Shown in pieces: positions 5,031 to 10,347 of a stretch of DNA of 10,347 nucleotides. Source of the stretch: a virus (taxonomy: Duplodnaviria > Heunggongvirae > Uroviricota > Caudoviricetes); the IMG/VR virus record IMGVR_UViG_2529293213_000037. The stretch is one strand, 5' to 3'. How positions within the stretch are numbered: the stretch's first letter is position 1; each line of letters starts with the position of its first letter. The notes beneath the pieces are model-generated. The model was given only the letters and a program-made list of their open reading frames with translations, was not told the origin of the DNA and did not search any database. The translations under genes and the position numbers were made by a program.

Positions 5031-6122
5031 ATGCGTGATTACGCAAAAGTTTCTCCGCGATTCTGGCTGGGAGAAACGGGGAGAGAACTTAGAAAGGCGG
5101 GTGCAGAAGCGCAAGTTGTTGCTTTTTACCTGATGACATCCCCTCACGCAAATATGCTGGGTTTGTATTACCTGCCAGTTTTATACCTTGCTCATGAAAC
5201 CGGGCTTGGTCTGGAAGGGGCTTCAAAGGGGCTTAAAAGGGCTGTTGAAGCTGGTTTTTGTAGCTATGACCATGATGCAGAGATGGTCTGGGTCCATGAA
5301 ATGGCAGCCTGGCAGGTTGGGGAAACGTTGAAGCCTGGCGATAACCGTTGTGCAGGTGTCAGGAATGAGTATGCATCATTACCTGAAAACGCTTTTCTGT
5401 CAGTGTTTTACGACAGATATAAAACGGATTTCCATCTGGATGTGAGGCGGAATAATAGCCGAAATTCGGTAAGGGGCTTCGAAGGGGCTTTTAAGGGGCT
5501 TCGAAGCCAAGAACAGGAACAGGAGCAGGAGAAAGAACAGGAACAGGACAAAAACACTATGGTTCATGGCAAAAAAAACACCACGAACCAGGCAGGGGAT
5601 GTTCAGACCGTCAATCCTGGTCAGCCAGCAGGCACGACACCGGAAGCCGATTCGGGCGCTGTGCAGCAGGTGATGACCGCAGGGTCGGAGCAATCACACC
5701 AACTGCAGCAGCCTGAAGCCGATTCCGCCATTCAGCGGGAAGCCGATCGGGTAGTCCCGGAAAGCACCGGGCAGTCTGTGGGACGAGTGGATTATCCGGA
5801 TGTGTTCGAACAGGTCTGGCGGGAATACCCGTTGCGTGCTGGGGCAAACCCGAAGAAATCCGCTTTCAGTGCCTGGAAGGCCAGATTGCGCGAGGGGGTG
5901 CCACCAGAGACCATGCTGGATGGTGTGAGGCGTTACGCGAGATACCTGGCGGCGACCGGGAAAGCGGGAACGGAATTTGTTCAGCGAGCGACGACGTTTT
6001 TTGGGCCGGACCGGAATTTTGAAAACCCCTGGTTGCTCCCGGTAAGCGGCACGAACAACCAGCGTTGTGTGAATCATATTTCTGAACCGGATACCGAAAT
6101 TCCGCCGGGATTCAGGGGGTGA
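5031..6122 (+). CDS. Phage replication initiator / replisome organiser (lambda O-like role), containing internal iteron-like repeats
   Basis: ATG at 5031 with GAGGT 4 nt upstream; an in-frame ATG at 4920 without a Shine-Dalgarno is an alternative start. It sits immediately upstream of the DnaC-like loader gene. The internal DNA repeats are translated as GLEGASKGLK and RGFEGAFKGLR, followed by a (QE)n linker. Confidence 0.7.
   Translation: MRDYAKVSPRFWLGETGRELRKAGAEAQVVAFYLMTSPHANMLGLYYLPVLYLAHETGLGLEGASKGLKRAVEAGFCSYDHDAEMVWVHEMAAWQVGETLKPGDNRCAGVRNEYASLPENAFLSVFYDRYKTDFHLDVRRNNSRNSVRGFEGAFKGLRSQEQEQEQEKEQEQDKNTMVHGKKNTTNQAGDVQTVNPGQPAGTTPEADSGAVQQVMTAGSEQSHQLQQPEADSAIQREADRVVPESTGQSVGRVDYPDVFEQVWREYPLRAGANPKKSAFSAWKARLREGVPPETMLDGVRRYARYLAATGKAGTEFVQRATTFFGPDRNFENPWLLPVSGTNNQRCVNHISEPDTEIPPGFRG
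5213..5244. repeat. Iteron-like direct repeats, cluster 1 (AAGGGGCTT-type, 10-bp spacing)
   Basis: AAGGGGCTTC / AAAGGGGCTT / AAAAGGGCTG in tandem inside the replication gene. Confidence 0.45.
5471..5508. repeat. Iteron-like direct repeats, cluster 2: three AAGGGGCTT copies at 11-bp spacing with a palindromic GCTTCGAAGC core; candidate origin
   Basis: AAGGGGCTT at 5471-5479, 5482-5490 and 5493-5501. GCTTCGAAGC is its own reverse complement. Followed by a repeat tract and an A-rich stretch (5550-5580). Confidence 0.55.
5511..5549. repeat. Tandem hexanucleotide repeat (GAACAG-like x6) encoding a QEQEQEQEKEQEQ linker
   Basis: gaacag gaacag gagcag gagaaa gaacag gaacag, seen directly; in frame within the replication gene. 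Confidence 0.8.
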
Positions 6123-6128
6123 TGTGGC

Positions 6129-6875
6129 ATGAAAAACATTGCGGCAGCCGGGGTTCTTGAACGTATTCGCAGACTTGCACCACAGGCGTCGGTTCCACCG
6201 TACCGGACGGTGGAGGAGTGGCGGGAATGGCAACTTGCTGAAGGACGAAAACGCAGCGAGGAGATTAACCGCCAGAATCACCAGTTGCGGGTGGAAAAAA
6301 TCCTGAATCGTTCGGGCATCCAGCCTCTGCACAGCAAATGCTCGTTTGCGAATTATCAGGTGCAGAACGACGGGCAAAAATACGCGCTGAGCCAGGCCAA
6401 ATCCATAGCTGACGAACTGATGACCGGGTGCACGAATTTTGTGTTCAGCGGTAAAACCGGCACCGGGAAAAATCACCTTGCAGCGGCGATGGGTAACCGG
6501 CTGATGGCGAAGGGGCGCAGCGTGATTATCGTCACCGTGTCTGATGTCATGAGCGTGTTGCATGACAGCTACGACAACGGCAAATCCGGGGAAAAATTTT
6601 TACAGGAGCTTTGCAGTGTTGATTTGCTGGTCCTGGATGAAATAGGCGTTCAGCGGGAGACGAAAAACGAGCAGGTGGTATTACACCAGATAATTGATCG
6701 CCGGACAGCATCACTGTGCAGTGTCGGGATGTTAACAAACCTGAATCATGCCGCAATGAGTACACTTCTTGGTGAGAGGATTATGGACCGCATGACCATG
6801 AACGGTGGTCGATGGGTGACGTTTAACTGGGATAGCTGGCGTCCAAATGTCAGCAATATGAGGGTTGTGAAGTAA
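6129..6875 (+). CDS. DnaC-like replicative helicase loader (AAA+ ATPase, 248 aa)
   Basis: Walker A FSGKTGTGKNHLAAA and Walker B LLVLDEIG. Starts 7 nt after the initiator gene stop. The motif resembles E. coli DnaC as I recall it. Confidence 0.85.
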   Translation: MKNIAAAGVLERIRRLAPQASVPPYRTVEEWREWQLAEGRKRSEEINRQNHQLRVEKILNRSGIQPLHSKCSFANYQVQNDGQKYALSQAKSIADELMTGCTNFVFSGKTGTGKNHLAAAMGNRLMAKGRSVIIVTVSDVMSVLHDSYDNGKSGEKFLQELCSVDLLVLDEIGVQRETKNEQVVLHQIIDRRTASLCSVGMLTNLNHAAMSTLLGERIMDRMTMNGGRWVTFNWDSWRPNVSNMRVVK

Positions 6876-6896
6876 TTTTGTCCGGAGGAAATTTTA

Positions 6897-7667
6897 ATGG
6901 AAACCGTATCTGACGCACTGAAAGCACTGAAAAAAGCCTCTTCACATGTGGTGGCAGCTCGCCTTGGAATCAGTCGTGAAGAGGCTGTCAACGAGCTGTG
7001 GGAACTCAAAATAAATGGCGTCGTTGATAAAACTGGTCACACCTGGTTTCTGGCTGGCGAAGGTGAATCCCGGGTAACCGAAGAGCGGCCAGTAAAATCT
7101 GAAGCACAGGATATGCTGACCGGGGAGGTCGAACAAAAAGTTACCGCAGACATGATGATTGAGTTTATCGGTCAGGATGGGGCTAAAACGTGTGAGGAAC
7201 TGGCGGGTAAGTTCGGTGTCAGTACTCGCAAGGTTGCTTCCACGCTGGCGGTGGTAACCGCAACGGGGCGGCTGGCACGCGTTAATCAGAACGGTAAATT
7301 TCGTTACTGCATGCCGGGCGATAATTTACCAGCAGAGCCGAAAGCCGCGCTGGTAACGGAAAGTGATGGTAAGGCCTTTCCTCAGCCAGCAGGTGCTGCG
7401 TTACCAGTCCGGGAAGCCGCAACACAGGAAGAAATTAAAACAGAAACTGTGGCGGACATTGTGCAGCCGTTGCCATCGTTTACCGAAACGCAAGCAGATG
7501 AGCTGATTTTTCCGTCCCTTCGCAGGGCAAACCTGGCGCTGCGCAGGGCGAAAAGTGATGTTCAGAAGTGGGAGCGAGTCTGCGCCGCGCTGCGGGAGCT
7601 GAACAAGCACCGGGATATTGTTCGACAGATTACTGATTCTTCCCGCCGTGTTGTATCGGAAAAGTGA
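6897..7667 (+). CDS. Hypothetical phage protein (256 aa), possibly with two winged-helix-like segments
   Basis: GGAGGA Shine-Dalgarno 7 nt upstream. Co-oriented and tightly packed with neighbours. Product METVSDALKALKKASSHVVAARLGISREEAVNELWELK.... Confidence 0.6.
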   Translation: METVSDALKALKKASSHVVAARLGISREEAVNELWELKINGVVDKTGHTWFLAGEGESRVTEERPVKSEAQDMLTGEVEQKVTADMMIEFIGQDGAKTCEELAGKFGVSTRKVASTLAVVTATGRLARVNQNGKFRYCMPGDNLPAEPKAALVTESDGKAFPQPAGAALPVREAATQEEIKTETVADIVQPLPSFTETQADELIFPSLRRANLALRRAKSDVQKWERVCAALRELNKHRDIVRQITDSSRRVVSEK

Positions 7668-7682
7668 TTGCCGGAGGCGCTT

Positions 7683-8096
7683 ATGGCAAAAGTATTTACA
7701 CAGGAAGAGCGGGAAAAAATTAAAGGGCAGGTTGTTGAGCTAGTACGCCGGAGTGGGCGCGAGACGTTACGGCAACTGGAAGCCAAGACAGGTGCGACAA
7801 GATATCTGATGAGCGTTCTTGCCAGAGAGCTGGTTGCCAGTGGCGATGTATACAACTCTGGTTACGGGTTATTCCCATCTGAACAGGCTCGTAAGGACTG
7901 GCAAAACGCCCGCAAAAAACTATCGAGGGCAAAACTGAAGAAACCGGTTGTGGTTGATCCTGACCTTATCTGGTCATTACCAGACGGAGAAATACGCCGC
8001 TATGACAGGCAATTGAACATAATTTGTAGTGAGTGCCGTAACAGTGAAGTGATGCAGCGAGTTTTGATATTTTACACAGGAGTAATGATGGAATAG
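7683..8096 (+). CDS. Hypothetical phage protein (137 aa)
   Basis: ATG at 7683 with GGAGG 5 nt upstream (the track starts at a TTG at 7668). Product MAKVFTQEEREKIKGQVVELVRRSGRETLRQLEAKTGATRYLMSVLARELVASGD.... Confidence 0.6.
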   Translation: MAKVFTQEEREKIKGQVVELVRRSGRETLRQLEAKTGATRYLMSVLARELVASGDVYNSGYGLFPSEQARKDWQNARKKLSRAKLKKPVVVDPDLIWSLPDGEIRRYDRQLNIICSECRNSEVMQRVLIFYTGVMME

Positions 8097-8447
8097 TGAA
8101 AATAACATGAAACCTTTGGATTCTGGTGTTTCAGTGGATGGGAAAAGAGCAGATACATAGAAAATGAATAGCAATAATTCACAGTCTGGATGTTGTTTGT
8201 ATGCTTATAAAATGATCCTAGTATGCATTGCCGGAGTTGAATCAGCTCCAATGAAGAAACTGAGAGGAGTATTTAGAAGATAGCTAAATGGATGTAATTA
8301 TTAGTATCTAAAAAATAGTATTTTTGAAATGGGTCTAAGAACACAACAATGTACAAATGAGAAGTTATCTTTTAATATGTTCAAAGACCCATTAGGATTG
8401 ATATCAGTTATGTTAGCTAGATTGATAAAGTGATTACATATTTTCTG

Positions 8448-9221
8448 TTATATGCTGAAATGAATAATGCTATTCCAGAGTGCAGCAGAGAAAGTCTCCT
8501 GATGATTGAGCTCTGGAAATTGTACAATAGAAAAATTACTGTATTTTTCTGTCAAAATATTTCTCAAAACAGATTCCGCTTTGATGGCTTCAGGATATAA
8601 AGATGCGGAGTAATCAAGGCTAAGATTTCCGTTAAGCAAGCATATACTTTTAGTGTGCTTTGATTCTGATATATCATCTTTAATTATCTTGATGATTCTT
8701 TCATTCTGCCATAGAAGTGATGGTGCAGATATATAATAATAGTTAAAGCATGAATTATTTTTTAAGCAATCAAGCACAAAAATAGCACCTAGCGAGTGCC
8801 CCCATATACCGATTCTGGAACTGTTCGGAGCAATAGTACTAACCCATGGCATGATCTGAGTTAGTAATAATTCTCGGAAAGACTGGCTTCCTCCACCAGT
8901 AAAGTAGATCCATGCTGGTTTAGAGTTATCAACAATAGCATTTTCACCATCAGGAGTATAATCGTAAGCACGGCGATGAATGCTAAGGTTATTCCAAGAT
9001 TCATAACCAAGTGTAACTAACACTGGTGGATTGGGTAGTGCATCAATAACAGGCAGAATATCAGAAATGTAATTGTTGGCACTATTCCCATCAAGTATAT
9101 AAAGAGTTGCATTATTTTTTTTAATGTTTTTTGGAGTAAAAATACATATTTTATATTTGGTGTCATGGTTAATTGAGTTAAATATGCGTGTTTGACAATG
9201 AATGTCCATATGTTTAGTCAT
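8448..9221 (-). CDS. Alpha/beta-hydrolase, putative esterase (esterase D / Fes / IroE-like family), 257 aa; AT-rich cargo gene
   Basis: GGGGAG Shine-Dalgarno 5 nt upstream of the ATG. Nucleophile elbow GHSLG (IWGHSLGAIF), an LDGNS motif near the N-terminus and a C-terminal NHQET candidate catalytic His. No obvious signal peptide. Roughly 30-35% GC versus about 50% in flanking phage genes. Convergent with the phage operon. Confidence 0.8.
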   Translation of the reverse strand: MTKHMDIHCQTRIFNSINHDTKYKICIFTPKNIKKNNATLYILDGNSANNYISDILPVIDALPNPPVLVTLGYESWNNLSIHRRAYDYTPDGENAIVDNSKPAWIYFTGGGSQSFRELLLTQIMPWVSTIAPNSSRIGIWGHSLGAIFVLDCLKNNSCFNYYYISAPSLLWQNERIIKIIKDDISESKHTKSICLLNGNLSLDYSASLYPEAIKAESVLRNILTEKYSNFSIVQFPELNHQETFSAALWNSIIHFSI

Positions 9222-9825
9222 GCGTTCTCCCCATGAGCATTAAAGGATGCTTAAGATATGCTATGTCACTGATAAAAAATTTGTTGTGTGTGTTTAGTTA
9301 TTTTATCTACCTCCATTATGATTTAAGACTGATATATGTTATCAGCAAAGGTACATCGTTATTATTTTACCTGTCAATACATTTGATATTGATTATCGTT
9401 TACATCGCTTGCTTAGGAAATTGAAGGCAGGTAACTATCATGTCAATGAACTAACCCACAGTCTAACGTACTTCTTTCCCCAATCACCAACAACCAAATT
9501 CCTGTTATCACCACTGGGATTTTGGCGCAACTTCATGGTGCAGAGGTAAATAGCATCAAGCAAAATCTCTTTTTCCGTTGTTGTCCTTATGGGACGTCTG
9601 TCTTTCTGACCGATTTCATATTGGCGAGGTAATGGGAAGTTAAGTAGAATAGCTGCGGGTGCTTGAGGCTATCTGCCTCGGGCATGAACACCAACGGCAG
9701 ATAGAGAAAAGCCCCAGTTAACATTACGCGTCCTGCAAGACGCCTAACATTAATCTGAGGCTCAATCTATGAACGGCAAATCTAGGTTAGCCTCTTACGT
9801 GCCGAAAGGCAAGGAGAAGCAGGCT

Positions 9826-9981
9826 ATGAAGCAGCAAAAGGCGATGTTAATCGCCCTGATCGTCATCTGTTTAACCGTCATAGTGACGGCACTGGTAACG
9901 AGGAAAGACCTCTGCGAGGTACGAGTCCGAACCGGCCAGACGGAGGTCGCTGTCTTCACAGCTTACGAACCTGAGGAGTAA
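9826..9981 (+). CDS. hokD: Hok/Gef-family type I toxin (51 aa), closest to HokD (RelF)
   Basis: Product MKQQKAMLIALIVICLTVIVTALVTRKDLCEVRVRTGQTEVAVFTAYEPEE, about one substitution from HokD as I recall it. AAGGAG upstream. The track ORF (from 9769) is an in-frame N-terminal extension. No relBE-like ORFs upstream. Confidence 0.8.
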   Translation: MKQQKAMLIALIVICLTVIVTALVTRKDLCEVRVRTGQTEVAVFTAYEPEE

Positions 9982-10050
9982 GAGACCTGGCGGGGGAGAA
10001 ATCCCTCGCCACCTCTGATGAATCAGGCATCCTCAACGCACCCGCACTTA

Positions 10051-10074
10051 ACCCGCTTCGGCGGGTTTTGTTTG
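10051..10074 (+). terminator. Rho-independent terminator downstream of the hok-like gene
   Basis: ACCCGC-UUCG-GCGGGU hairpin (UUCG tetraloop) followed by UUUUGUUU. Confidence 0.6.
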
Positions 10075-10255
10075 CGCGCTGAATGCGCAGGGTGAAAAAT
10101 AACCATATATTTGATTATATACACAACAAAAAATAAAAGTCATTGTACCTGCACATTAAATAATCAAATATACGGCGTGAAATAAATATTTTTCAGATTA
10201 ATATTTTTGTCTCTATGTGGATATAACCGTTTGTACTTATAAACTCGGAGGCATC

Positions 10256-10347
10256 GTGGAAAAAATAAAGAAACTATTTAGTTGCAAATACGCAGTCATA
10301 CGTCGTGATGACCTGTCAGTTATAGTCGAAATGGATTACTTCCCTGA
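10256..10347 (+). CDS. Possible 5' end of a gene running off the right edge (GTG start)
   Basis: GGAGG 4 nt upstream of the GTG at 10256. Open frame VEKIKKLFSCKYAVIRRDDLSVIVEMDYFP... to the end of the window. Preceded by an AT-rich promoter-like region. Confidence 0.3.
   Translation, partial: MEKIKKLFSCKYAVIRRDDLSVIVEMDYFP

Noticed and set aside
5694-6563. 289-aa minus-strand ORF spanning the initiator and DnaC-like genes
   Set aside because: Entirely antisense to two well-supported genes with clear motifs (Walker A/B); Arg/Pro-rich shadow frame; no RBS.
6547-8174. Minus-strand ORFs 6547-6765, 6746-7009, 6942-7136, 7401-7610, 7562-7855, 7720-7932 and 7977-8174
   Set aside because: Antisense to the co-oriented plus-strand genes, which have strong RBSs; the products are Ser/Arg/Cys-rich shadow frames.
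9233-9424. 63-aa hydrophobic plus-strand ORF in the AT-rich region upstream of the esterase gene
   Set aside because: Lies in the probable esterase promoter region and starts on top of the esterase RBS. AT-rich DNA readily produces Ile/Leu/Tyr-rich frames by chance. No RBS. A small membrane peptide cannot be fully excluded.
9769-9825. In-frame N-terminal extension of the hok ORF (MNGKSRLASYVPKGKEKQA...)
   Set aside because: Hok proteins are about 50 aa and the internal ATG at 9826 has a proper AAGGAG RBS. The extension is more likely leader sequence, though a mok-like upstream frame is conceivable.
1-10347. Searched for CRISPR arrays, tRNA/rRNA genes, integrase or transposase genes and terminal inverted repeats of IS elements
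   Set aside because: No regularly spaced direct repeats with unique spacers, no tRNA-like cloverleaf candidates and no recombinase-like ORFs were found. The only repeats are the operator palindromes, iterons and the hexamer tract described above.

Overview
This window reads as the immunity / early-left / replication region of a lambdoid (Qin/Rac-like) prophage from an Escherichia-like genome, called from the sequence and from recalled protein families only (no database search was possible). Leftward (minus strand) from a divergent promoter-operator region at 3501-3608 lie an XRE-family repressor, a ParE-type antitoxin-toxin pair, an intrinsic terminator, a second copy of the operator, and then a dicB-type division-inhibition operon (ydfA-like, ydfB-like, a ydfC-position gene that appears frameshifted at an A7 tract, DicF sRNA, DicB-like, YdfD-like, and a gene running off the left edge). 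Rightward (plus strand) lie a YdaS-like Cro-type HTH gene, a YdaT-like gene, a hypothetical protein, a replication-initiator (O-like) gene with internal iteron-like repeats, a DnaC-like helicase loader and two hypothetical genes. At 8100-9480 the composition drops sharply to AT-rich and carries a single convergently oriented alpha/beta-hydrolase (esterase-family) gene, followed by a Hok-family toxin gene with its own terminator. The most interesting candidates for something undescribed are the orphan esterase island, a small zinc-ribbon ORF encoded antisense inside the dicB-type operon, and the frameshift-prone ydfC-position gene. No tRNA, rRNA, CRISPR array, integrase or transposase was seen.
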